Part shown: in pieces, positions 18,902 through 27,455 of the stretch
Layout of the letters: each line of letters starts with the position of its first letter
Position numbering within the stretch: position 1 is the first letter of the stretch
Origin: Candidatus Dojkabacteria bacterium
GTDB lineage: Bacteria > Patescibacteriota > Dojkabacteria > J137
Length of the DNA: 64,000 nt
Assembly: GCA_025993875.1 (NCBI GenBank)
Contig: JAMQHH010000014.1
Location: forward strand, 8,009 to 72,008
Direction of reading: 5' to 3'
Program-made: the position numbers and the translations under genes
The notes under the pieces: generated by a model
What the model saw: the letters and a program-made list of their open reading frames with translations, nothing else
The model's database searches: none
Told to the model about the DNA's origin: nothing

Positions 18902-19423
18902 ATGCAAAAGATTAAATTTAACAAAAAAGAGTCAAAAAAATTTATTAATAAAACATCATATAGAGACAAGGAGATAGTATTAATATTGGAAAATATTCAA
19001 TATGCAAGAAATGTAGCAGCAATATTTAGAACAGCGGATGCTGCAGGCGTAAGTAAGATTTTTCTAACAGGGATAAGTAAAACACCTCCATTTGGTAAAG
19101 AACTTATGCAGGTTTCAAGATCCAGAGAAAAATTTTTAACATGGGAATATTTTGAATCTTCCGGCCAGGCAATAAAAAAATTAAAGGAAAACGGGTTTAA
19201 AATAGTAGGGATAGAACTTGCTCATAACAGCATAATGCTCGAAAAACTAAAATCTGCGTTAAAAAATGTAGATAAAGTATGTTTTGTTGCGGGCTCTGAG
19301 GTTTTTGGGGTAAAAGAGTCAACTCTTAACGAATGTGATAACACCGTTATTATTCCAATGTATGGGAAAGGGATAAGTTTAAATGTATCTACCAGTGTAG
19401 GTGTTGTACTCTATTCTTTTTAA
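18902..19423 (+). CDS. SpoU/TrmH-family (SPOUT) RNA 2'-O-methyltransferase
   Basis: 173 aa with the motifs NVAAIFRTADAAGVSKIFL, IELAHNS, and PMYGKGISLNVSTSVGVVLY. Confidence 0.75.
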   Translation: MQKIKFNKKESKKFINKTSYRDKEIVLILENIQYARNVAAIFRTADAAGVSKIFLTGISKTPPFGKELMQVSRSREKFLTWEYFESSGQAIKKLKENGFKIVGIELAHNSIMLEKLKSALKNVDKVCFVAGSEVFGVKESTLNECDNTVIIPMYGKGISLNVSTSVGVVLYSF

Positions 19424-19467
19424 AGGTTTTGGATAAATATTTGAGACAGTAAGAAAATATTTTCAAA

Positions 19468-20427
19468 CTAATCTTTTTTTATGGCTTGCCAAATCTTAAA
19501 TGCTTCTTTACTAACATCTTGGTTAGTAAATAGTTGATTTTGCAAAAGCCCAAAATATAAAACAATAAGTTTTACAACCTCAACCTTTCGGCTTACAATT
19601 ATAAGTTCATTTGGATCGACTTTGTTCATCTCGCTTAAAAAGATTTTTTCGTATTTTCTGCAAACGTAAAGTCCGTTTAGATAAGCTAAATGTTTTTTTT
19701 CATCTTCCATTCTCTTTTTTAAAAGAGAAAACGATTTTCCTCCAAAATGAAAAACATATGAATAGGTTGTAATGCCAATTTCTCCAAAATTTCTAAGATA
19801 GGTACTTAATTCTAAATCGTCCCAGTATCCGTGTGCTATCTGCGGATCTAAAATATATTCCCTCTGTTTTATTGGAGCAGAATTGAATAGTGTGCAAAAT
19901 CCTCCGCAAAAGTCGTAAAAATGAGAAGATGCTTTAAATTTTTCTCTGCTTTTACTTCTTGGTGATAAGTTTAAAATATTTTGATAAATTTGAGCTCTAT
20001 TTAACCCAAAAGGAAGTCTTTTTATTATCTTCCAAAAAACTGTATCTTGATAAAAGCTGTTACAATCGGGCATGATCTGCGAAATTTTAGGGTTGTTATC
20101 CATCTCATCGTTTAATATCTTAAGCCAATCCTTTGTTACAATCGCATCGCTATTTAAGAGGCAAATTCTTTTGTGTTTTACTGCGTCTAGATAACATGTG
20201 TTAACTCCTCCTGTAAGACCGAGATTTTTTTTGTTTTTATATATTTTAATTTTATCTGGATATCTCTTTTTAAAATTTTCTCCTACTTTGTAAGAACCTG
20301 CATCTTGCGAATTATGCACAAGATAAATACAAAAATCTTGTGTGAATTTAAAAATGCTATTTATACATTGTTTTAAATGCCATGGAGTTTTATAGTTAAC
20401 AATAACTATAGCTGTAGAATTTTGCAT
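19468..20427 (-). CDS. Family 2 glycosyltransferase
   Basis: 319 aa. The N-terminus IVIVNYKTPWHLKQCINSI and the NSDAIV (DxD-like) region are typical of GT2 / GT-A fold enzymes. Confidence 0.55.
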   Translation of the reverse strand: MQNSTAIVIVNYKTPWHLKQCINSIFKFTQDFCIYLVHNSQDAGSYKVGENFKKRYPDKIKIYKNKKNLGLTGGVNTCYLDAVKHKRICLLNSDAIVTKDWLKILNDEMDNNPKISQIMPDCNSFYQDTVFWKIIKRLPFGLNRAQIYQNILNLSPRSKSREKFKASSHFYDFCGGFCTLFNSAPIKQREYILDPQIAHGYWDDLELSTYLRNFGEIGITTYSYVFHFGGKSFSLLKKRMEDEKKHLAYLNGLYVCRKYEKIFLSEMNKVDPNELIIVSRKVEVVKLIVLYFGLLQNQLFTNQDVSKEAFKIWQAIKKD

Positions 20428-21180
20428 TTACTTTATCTCTCTTATAATAAGCATTGGTGTATTACCTGATTGGCCTTGCGGATTTCCTTTTAAAATTGTT
20501 GCCAAATCGTTTAAGCTATATTTCTTTTTTACACTTTTACTTACACCACAAATATTGTTATCAATAAAATTACCATCGAGTATTATTGTTGGTATACCTA
20601 GCTTCTCTTCAACCTCATTACAAATTGATTCCGGATTTTTAGGGGCTAAAAAGCCATATCCTCTTAATTTTGGAGGATAAAATTCGGGCGGTAAAAAACC
20701 ATCTATAGCATTTACATTGTTTCCGGCTATTCTATAAAACCAACCTCTAATGCCAACTAACTTTAAAAATCCTCCAATAAATACTGCAAGTGTAAATCTG
20801 AACCAACCGGCTTCCCTTATTGCAAGCTGAATTTTTCGCGGAACTGCAAAACCCGGGTCATCTGGCCACTTTTTTACAAACCGAACAAGAAATTTTGCCA
20901 GCCAACCTACTTTTACCTCGCTTTCTTTAACGTAAAATCCTCTGGTGATACTTACAACTTTTGAAGCAATGCAGAAAAGGTCTCCTTCTTTAAAATGAGG
21001 GCTGGCATATTCCTTTATAATTTTAATTAAATCTTCGTCAAAAAGAATAAGACGGGTCTTTATCGGGTATCGGGCAAATTTTCTACCGTTTAAATCGGTA
21101 AAGATCTCCCTGCCTTCTATGGGACTTGTTTTTAGCCCTTCATCTTCGTGTATTACCTCTTCGACCTCGGCTTTATTCAT
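20428..21180 (-). CDS. Hypothetical protein with weak resemblance to F420-0:gamma-glutamyl ligase (CofE)-like fold
   Basis: 250 aa. GDLFCIASKVVSITRG is loosely like the CofE block G-D-[VI]-x-V-V-S-x-K-V-V-S-K-A-E-G. Low confidence. Its start abuts the stop of the upstream gene, so it lies within the operon 21830-19468. Confidence 0.3.
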   Translation of the reverse strand: MNKAEVEEVIHEDEGLKTSPIEGREIFTDLNGRKFARYPIKTRLILFDEDLIKIIKEYASPHFKEGDLFCIASKVVSITRGFYVKESEVKVGWLAKFLVRFVKKWPDDPGFAVPRKIQLAIREAGWFRFTLAVFIGGFLKLVGIRGWFYRIAGNNVNAIDGFLPPEFYPPKLRGYGFLAPKNPESICNEVEEKLGIPTIILDGNFIDNNICGVSKSVKKKYSLNDLATILKGNPQGQSGNTPMLIIREIK

Positions 21181-21185
21181 ATAAG

Positions 21186-21830
21186 TTATTCGTTTTGATT
21201 AATAAATGAATATACCTGAGAATCCTTCCCTATTTCGGCAATATAAACAATGTTAGATTTTAGTATATAAAATGCACCTTCGGGCTGGTAAACCTCTTCT
21301 TTAGAAGGCTTTGTGACATATATTTTTTCTTCACTTTTTCCATCTGAACCAGCTTCCTTTTTCCTAACAAGATAATATGGATCGTTACATTTAATATACT
21401 CAGAATTTAGGTTTTCAATTTTGCAAAAGTAAAATAGGTTGTTTTGCAAGAAAACAATGTTATATGTATCTGAACCAAACGCATCTAAGAGAGGCAAGCT
21501 CATTTGATTATCTAAGTTTGTTAATACCCTTATACCTAAAAACGAGGCTATCGCAATAAGAATAATAGTAACAAATATGGCTGATTGTTTTACAATTCTG
21601 AAAATTCCTTTAGCTATTATGTAAGAAGTCGCACTATTTTTTGATGTAGCAGATGTGTTTACGCTTGCAACCGATGCCGCAGGAACCTGAGAGCTTGGTA
21701 CAAAATATCCTGCAGTAACATTTTGTACGGGCCTTTGCTGAACTTGCTGGGGAACCGGATTGATATTTTTTTGTGAAGAACTTACCTCCGGTTGATTATT
21801 ATACTGCTGAGTCTGCTGATTGTTGCTCAT
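21186..21830 (-). CDS. Hypothetical membrane protein with a Q/S/P-rich low-complexity N-terminus
   Basis: 214 aa. MSNNQQTQQYNNQPEVSSSQ...QQVQQRPVQ is followed by one TM helix (FVTIILIAIASFLGI). Confidence 0.4.
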   Translation of the reverse strand: MSNNQQTQQYNNQPEVSSSQKNINPVPQQVQQRPVQNVTAGYFVPSSQVPAASVASVNTSATSKNSATSYIIAKGIFRIVKQSAIFVTIILIAIASFLGIRVLTNLDNQMSLPLLDAFGSDTYNIVFLQNNLFYFCKIENLNSEYIKCNDPYYLVRKKEAGSDGKSEEKIYVTKPSKEEVYQPEGAFYILKSNIVYIAEIGKDSQVYSFINQNE

Positions 21831-21856
21831 GTAATAGTTTTAACATTTAAAATGTA

Positions 21857-21891
21857 AAAGGCGCCCCAACAAACATTGTCGGGACGCCTTT
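21857..21891 (-). terminator. Rho-independent terminator after the giant surface-protein gene
   Basis: On the minus strand, TAAAGGCGTCCCGACAATGTTTGTTGGGGCGCCTTT (stem AAAGGCG+CCC) is followed by TACATTTTAAA (T-rich). Confidence 0.5.
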
Positions 21892-21912
21892 ATTATACCT
21901 TATTAATTAGTA

Positions 21913-24792
21913 CTATTGAAGTACTGCTGTCCAAGCTACTCCTGTAACTGTATCTGCACCTGCTCCACCCGGACCTGTAACAATAATTGTTGCTGTATTG
22001 GATCCAGTTGGATCGGAAACTAATGCAACTCTTGTATTTGGTCCAGCCGATGCTGTTATTGGTGTAAATGTTATTGATTGAATCGGTGCACCTACATTAA
22101 TTACGCAAGTAAATCCTGCTGCTGTGGTAACTCCCGCACATGTTAAATCTACGCCTCCTGTTACTACATTTCTTGCCTGTAGTGCTGTTACGTCAGCTTG
22201 AAGGTTTGTAATATCAGTTTGAGCGGTTGTCATAGCAGTTTGCAGATTTGTTACATCTGTTTGTAACAATGTAACCGACGAATTAATATTTGTTAATTCG
22301 GAAGCTACATCTGCGTATCCTGTAATAGAGAGAGTTCCCAAAACATTTAGGTTTCCAGTTAAATCAGCATTACCTAAATAAGCATTTGCCCATCTGTAGG
22401 TTGTATTACCTAAACTGTAAACATTATCAATATCGGGAATTAAATCGCTATCGACTGTACCTAGGAATGTTGCCATGTTGTTTACAACAAGATCATTTAC
22501 TGTGAGTTGAGCATTAATAAACGAATTACTGTCAACTGTTAATGCACCACTAAATGAAGCATCTCCGGACTGTGTAATAGTTGCTCCACCTGCTCCATAA
22601 CCTGCTCCTGTAGCTAAAAATCCATCCATATAGATATCACCTGTATCGGTTAAGGTTAAACCTCCATCAGCATCTCCATAACCACCCGCTACATTCATAT
22701 AACGGTTTGTTCGTAGTGCTCCAAATTCGTCTATAGTTAAACCTCCGTCGGCATCACCAAACCCACCTCCGACTTGCAGAGAGAAATCAACAAAGCTTGT
22801 CTCTGTTGTTGTATTGTCAGAGTAGACATTTGCCCATCTTGTAGTATCTGAGCCTAGGTTGAATAAAGAATCCCACGATGGCATGGCATTGCCAAAGAAT
22901 GTGGTTGTTCCAGCTCCATCTACCCACAAAAGCGTTCTAAACGGATCGTCTCGTCTTGTTATAATCATTCCGCTATTATCTTCGATAGTTAGCGGATCGG
23001 AATCACCGGAACTGATTGGACCGGTTATTACTACTCTGTCGGAGTTTGCATTTCCTAAAAATACATCTCCGGTTGCTCTTAAATTATCGTTTACTACAAC
23101 GGTTCCCGTAGAGTTGTAAATTTCTCCGTTTACATTAAGATTTCCACCAACTGTTGCATTTCCTAAAATATTTGCGTCATCACAGTAGCTTGAGCCTCCC
23201 GTAGTTGTAAAGCAATCTGCAAAGATGTTATCTACAAACAGGTTTGCCCAAGAATGTGCTGCGCTTCCAAGGCTATATATTCCGTCACCATCCGGTAATA
23301 TGTCAGATCTTACCAAAGAATAAAATCTTACTATATCGGCATCGCTATTACCGATTCTAACTTCGCCATTTAAAAACGAAGTTCCATCGGTTGCTATATT
23401 TCCTCTGGTGTACATATCTCCGGTTGAATTTACTACAAAAAGTTCATTATTTGTTAAATCAAAAAGCCTTATTCCGGATGCTGCAGTATGAATTGCTCTT
23501 ATATTTAATTCACTTGCATCTACTGTTCCTTCTACTCTAAGATCTCCGATTAACTTTGCTTCAAAATTTGTTGCTTCGGGAATTTCAAATCCGTTATCAC
23601 CAGTTCTTAAAACGCTAAATACCGGGTCACCGATAGCGGTAAGTCCCACTTCTAGGCTTCCTAATACCTGAGCATTTTCATCTACTGATAGGTTATCAAC
23701 AATATGCGCACTATCGCAGTATGTAGAACCTCCCATTGAAGAAAAACAATCTGCTGAAAGATTTGCAGCATAAATATTTGCCCATCTTAAAGCACTTGTT
23801 CCTAAGCTATAAGTATTATCTACCATTGGCACAAGATCAGAAGTAGCTCTACCTAAAAAGAATAGTGCGTCGGATGCGCTGTTTCCTAAATATGTATCAA
23901 AATTAAAATAACTTGCACCTTCGAAAGTGCTTGTTCCTAAAACTCTTAAAGTTCCATCAAATCTTGTATTTGCAAATCCTACAAGATCATCAACCAAAAT
24001 CGTTTTACCATATACATATAAGTCCTCGCTCAGTCGAGTAAGACCGTTTACTGTTAAAGCAGGTGCCAATGTTGATGCATAGGGAGAATTTATTGTTAGG
24101 GCCCCGCTCATAGTATCTCCCGTAACGTTTACGTAAAGATCATTTGCCTGGCCTTTTAATAAAACGTCTGTATTACTGTTGTTATCAAGGTATCCTTGAT
24201 CGGCTAAATCCGAGTATGCATCAAAATATGTGTTTCCTAATAATCCTGCATTTATGTTACTTGCATTTCTAAAAAATGTTGAGTCAAATCCATCTAGTAA
24301 ATCTGCATTTCTGAAAAAAGACGAATCAAATCCGTCCAATAAATCAGAATTTAATCCAGACCCGTTTCCCTGCAAAAGGTTAAGAGTAACATTTTGTCCC
24401 GATGTGGTAACAGGAAGATTTCCACTTATTGAGGTAATTGTTATATCACCCTCCGAGATGTTATTAATAGAAGTAATGTTTTCAGTGGACCCTATAGGAA
24501 AAGAGAATGGGGTGTCTTCCTCGCCGGGTGCTTTTACAACTAATTCGTCGTTTTCGTTGACCAAAACTTTTAGCTCACCTTCTTTAGTTGTAGCTCCAAG
24601 AACCTGATCGTTCTTTTTTGAATCGAGATCTTCGGTGATCAATTTACCTTTAATAGTTTGACCATCCTTTAATTCAATACCAATTTCTTTATTATTTAGA
24701 TTGATATTGGGGGTAAATAAACCTATTACTGCAATGATTACAGCGATCAGGCTGAATGCTGCAAGTAACCTAACTACATTAGATTTACTCAT
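21913..24792 (-). CDS. Large (959 aa) repeat-containing fibrous secreted/surface protein (tail-fibre-like repeats)
   Basis: N-terminal signal-anchor. G/T/S/N/D-rich. A tandem 14-aa repeat DLLDGFDS(S/T)FFRNA x2. Four copies of a D-[LI]-[VIL]-P-x2-D-x2-Y-S-L-G-x4-[RS]-W-A-N-x-[YF] unit, two followed by ADCF..GGS.YCD. A GYGDADGGLT x2 repeat. A C-terminal coiled-coil-like TNLQ...TNLQADVTALQ. Confidence 0.6.
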   Translation of the reverse strand: MSKSNVVRLLAAFSLIAVIIAVIGLFTPNINLNNKEIGIELKDGQTIKGKLITEDLDSKKNDQVLGATTKEGELKVLVNENDELVVKAPGEEDTPFSFPIGSTENITSINNISEGDITITSISGNLPVTTSGQNVTLNLLQGNGSGLNSDLLDGFDSSFFRNADLLDGFDSTFFRNASNINAGLLGNTYFDAYSDLADQGYLDNNSNTDVLLKGQANDLYVNVTGDTMSGALTINSPYASTLAPALTVNGLTRLSEDLYVYGKTILVDDLVGFANTRFDGTLRVLGTSTFEGASYFNFDTYLGNSASDALFFLGRATSDLVPMVDNTYSLGTSALRWANIYAANLSADCFSSMGGSTYCDSAHIVDNLSVDENAQVLGSLEVGLTAIGDPVFSVLRTGDNGFEIPEATNFEAKLIGDLRVEGTVDASELNIRAIHTAASGIRLFDLTNNELFVVNSTGDMYTRGNIATDGTSFLNGEVRIGNSDADIVRFYSLVRSDILPDGDGIYSLGSAAHSWANLFVDNIFADCFTTTGGSSYCDDANILGNATVGGNLNVNGEIYNSTGTVVVNDNLRATGDVFLGNANSDRVVITGPISSGDSDPLTIEDNSGMIITRRDDPFRTLLWVDGAGTTTFFGNAMPSWDSLFNLGSDTTRWANVYSDNTTTETSFVDFSLQVGGGFGDADGGLTIDEFGALRTNRYMNVAGGYGDADGGLTLTDTGDIYMDGFLATGAGYGAGGATITQSGDASFSGALTVDSNSFINAQLTVNDLVVNNMATFLGTVDSDLIPDIDNVYSLGNTTYRWANAYLGNADLTGNLNVLGTLSITGYADVASELTNINSSVTLLQTDVTNLQTAMTTAQTDITNLQADVTALQARNVVTGGVDLTCAGVTTAAGFTCVINVGAPIQSITFTPITASAGPNTRVALVSDPTGSNTATIIVTGPGGAGADTVTGVAWTAVLQ

Positions 24793-24888
24793 TTAAAATA
24801 ACTAATATATAAAATATATATTTCTAACTATTGACTGATTATAGCACAGAGCTGCCTATTGTGTATAGTAGTTAAGAAAAAGTCGCAA

Positions 24889-26832
24889 TTAGTGATTTTC
24901 TTTTAAGAGCATGTACATGTAACTGTAACTATTAGAAGAATCGAGGTTGATTGTTTTTAGCTTTTCAAAATTTATCTCTTCTATGTTGTTTATTGCTGCC
25001 CAAAAGTATATTTGATCTTCCAGAAAACCGCTTCCCGACATATTATTTATAAAGTATTGATACTGGATTAAAGCATTAGGGTTATTACGTAGGTAAAAAC
25101 TCCCGCGCGAAATCGGCAATATTATTATTCCAAGCTTTGCTTCAATTTCGTTACTAAAAAAGGTAGCGAGTTCGGCTTTTCCTTGCCATAAAAGTGAGAT
25201 AAAGGGAAGGTTTTCGGGTAGAACGCTATTGTAATTCCACCAATACTCTTTTGCAGCCTCAATTTCCATTGTATAAAGGGAAAGCGCGTAGTTTTGCATT
25301 TCCAAATTGTTACTAATTCGCGCGTTAAGGTAAACTGCATACCAAGCATTTATAGCTTCCGAAACTGATTCTTGATTATTCCCGTCTCTAAACTGATCAA
25401 GCCCATTTGCCCATGAATGCCATTCAAAAAGATCGAAATATCTTAAAAATGGGTAGCTTGTGTTATCTAAATTATAATTCATTATATCTAATACAAGTTT
25501 GGTAACAATCCCAGCATACTTTTCTTTAAATTCTGTATCAATTTCTGCAAGTTGTGTGTAAGCATAAATAAAATATCCATAGTGAAAGTGATGATCATTG
25601 TATCTTTCAGATCCAAAATCAGGCTTTTGCGCTAGGATGCCTTTCCCGCTTGTATCGTATGCAAAATATTTATTATTCTCGCCCTTAGTGTATGTAAACC
25701 AGTCTATTAGTTCGCTTTTTAAAACTTCTGAAATTAATTTTGTGCGTTTCCCGCTATCGGTTTTATCCAGCAAGATTGCCGGCTCGAGCATGTTGGCAAG
25801 CCTGAAAAGCTCTTTACCAATAAAATATATTGATGAGCTTTGCACAGATAATGTACTCAGATCGATTTTCATTAGGCTATCTAATTCGGCTAATATATAA
25901 CCTTCCTTGTATGGCGACTTATCGGGTACAGAAAGATCTATTGAAAGTGCTAACTCTTTTCCGATAAAAGTTTCTAACTTACCTCTTATTGTACTGATTG
26001 AAAAGGCAGTATCTACATTTTTTTCTAAAAATTTTTTATGAATTGGGAGAAATCCGATAAATGTGTCTCCTTCATTTTCTGTATAGATTTGATACTCTAA
26101 TCCCAGCTTGCTGTTATCGGCAAATGTAAAGTTTACCTCAGATTTTACAGGAAGGTTTACTGCCGTTTTTTGGTAAAACTCCAAATATATCTCGTTTGGA
26201 ATGTAACCCAAAGCTATGTATTTGCCAGAAATTTTTTTTTGGTCCTGTATTGTTGCACCCTCTAAACTTTCCAAATAAAAAAGTTTTCCTGACTCGCTTA
26301 CAATTACCTTTTCTTCTTTAAAATTTTCAGCCTGTTTTAGTATAAAACTATTTTTGCACTCAGATATATAAATAAGAGGGTTACCTCTAACCAATGTTAA
26401 TTTAAAAAATCCGGTATCATTATAAAATTTATATCTAGCCAAAAGAGCATCAAAATATTCAAGCTCGTAGTTATAGGTATTATCGAATTCTATTGTTAGA
26501 TCGGGAGAAAAACTTTGAAAAACTCCCTGTTCTAATGTAATTTGAGAAGGAATAGAATATGCAATTTGTGTAGCCGAAAGCTCTATAGAATATGGATAAG
26601 GGTAAATTGGATTGTCTTTTTCGCCAAGGCTTCCCGTAAACCACTTATTTGTTGGTAATGGCTGTTTTTGCAAATCTTTAGAGAGTTTTAAAGTGTATGT
26701 GGTGCTTATTTCGGGGGAATTTTCAGAATATACTTCCTCCTCAATGTATAAGGGTTTTAAACCAGAGGAAACGATAATAATTGCAATTCCTGTTGTAAAA
26801 AGTGTAAGAAAGATAAAAAAGGTAGATTTCAT
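24889..26832 (-). CDS. Membrane-anchored glycoside hydrolase, GH81-like endo-beta-1,3-glucanase
   Basis: 647 aa with an N-terminal TM segment. The block YNDHHFHYGYFIYAYTQLAEID matches, as I remember it, the conserved GH81 motif (DHHFHYGY). Its start overlaps the stop of the HlyD-like gene (ATGA). Confidence 0.5.
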   Translation of the reverse strand: MKSTFFIFLTLFTTGIAIIIVSSGLKPLYIEEEVYSENSPEISTTYTLKLSKDLQKQPLPTNKWFTGSLGEKDNPIYPYPYSIELSATQIAYSIPSQITLEQGVFQSFSPDLTIEFDNTYNYELEYFDALLARYKFYNDTGFFKLTLVRGNPLIYISECKNSFILKQAENFKEEKVIVSESGKLFYLESLEGATIQDQKKISGKYIALGYIPNEIYLEFYQKTAVNLPVKSEVNFTFADNSKLGLEYQIYTENEGDTFIGFLPIHKKFLEKNVDTAFSISTIRGKLETFIGKELALSIDLSVPDKSPYKEGYILAELDSLMKIDLSTLSVQSSSIYFIGKELFRLANMLEPAILLDKTDSGKRTKLISEVLKSELIDWFTYTKGENNKYFAYDTSGKGILAQKPDFGSERYNDHHFHYGYFIYAYTQLAEIDTEFKEKYAGIVTKLVLDIMNYNLDNTSYPFLRYFDLFEWHSWANGLDQFRDGNNQESVSEAINAWYAVYLNARISNNLEMQNYALSLYTMEIEAAKEYWWNYNSVLPENLPFISLLWQGKAELATFFSNEIEAKLGIIILPISRGSFYLRNNPNALIQYQYFINNMSGSGFLEDQIYFWAAINNIEEINFEKLKTINLDSSNSYSYMYMLLKENH

Positions 26833-27455
26833 ATTCTAAGTTTTACATCTACAGGTTGCTCAAAAAAAAGCCCATTTGGAACAGGGTCGATTTTAAACAG
26901 AGCTTTTATCTCGCCATCGGTAAGAAATGGATAAAGATATATAAGTTCTGCATTGTGAGGCGATTTGTCTAAAGGATTGATCCACTCTGCGGTTTTTGGC
27001 TGAGTAAAGTCAAAATCAATTGTCCAGTTAAATGGTATCGAGGCTTCAATATAATCCGAATCTACAACTATAATATCTAATATCTTGGCATATAAAGTTA
27101 CTGTATCACCTTTGTTAAGACTTATATTAGTAACCTCTCCTTTAGAAGTTGAATATACACTCGAAATAAATGATTCTTCTGTATTAGTTTGTTCGACCCC
27201 AACAATATTATCTCCTACTCTTCCTAAAAGAGTTTCTATTTCTGCAATTTTTTCACCTTTATCTACAAAATCACCATTTGTTACATACATTTCTTTTATC
27301 TGCCCTATCGAAACTGAATTTATAGTGGCTATTTCGGCCTTTAATTTTCCTTTTAGAGTAATTTCTTTTTTATTGCTAAAAACCTTGTTAAATAATAGAT
27401 AACCAAATCCGAAAATTAAAATTACAAACATTACTGTAAAAATTCTTTTACTCAT
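26829..27455 (-). CDS. HlyD-like membrane-fusion/periplasmic adaptor protein (biotin-lipoyl-like barrel)
   Basis: 208 aa. An N-terminal TM segment, then GQIKEMYVTNGDFVDKGEKIAEIE, a lipoyl-like hairpin typical of HlyD/MFP adaptors. Overlaps the GT2 synthase gene by 8 nt. Confidence 0.45.
   Translation of the reverse strand: MSKRIFTVMFVILIFGFGYLLFNKVFSNKKEITLKGKLKAEIATINSVSIGQIKEMYVTNGDFVDKGEKIAEIETLLGRVGDNIVGVEQTNTEESFISSVYSTSKGEVTNISLNKGDTVTLYAKILDIIVVDSDYIEASIPFNWTIDFDFTQPKTAEWINPLDKSPHNAELIYLYPFLTDGEIKALFKIDPVPNGLFFEQPVDVKLRI

Noticed and set aside
24262-24345. Two 42-bp tandem repeats, checked as a possible CRISPR/minisatellite
   Set aside because: They lie inside the large surface-protein CDS and encode a duplicated 14-aa peptide (DLLDGFDSxFFRNA). 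There are only two copies and no spacer structure, so this is not CRISPR.
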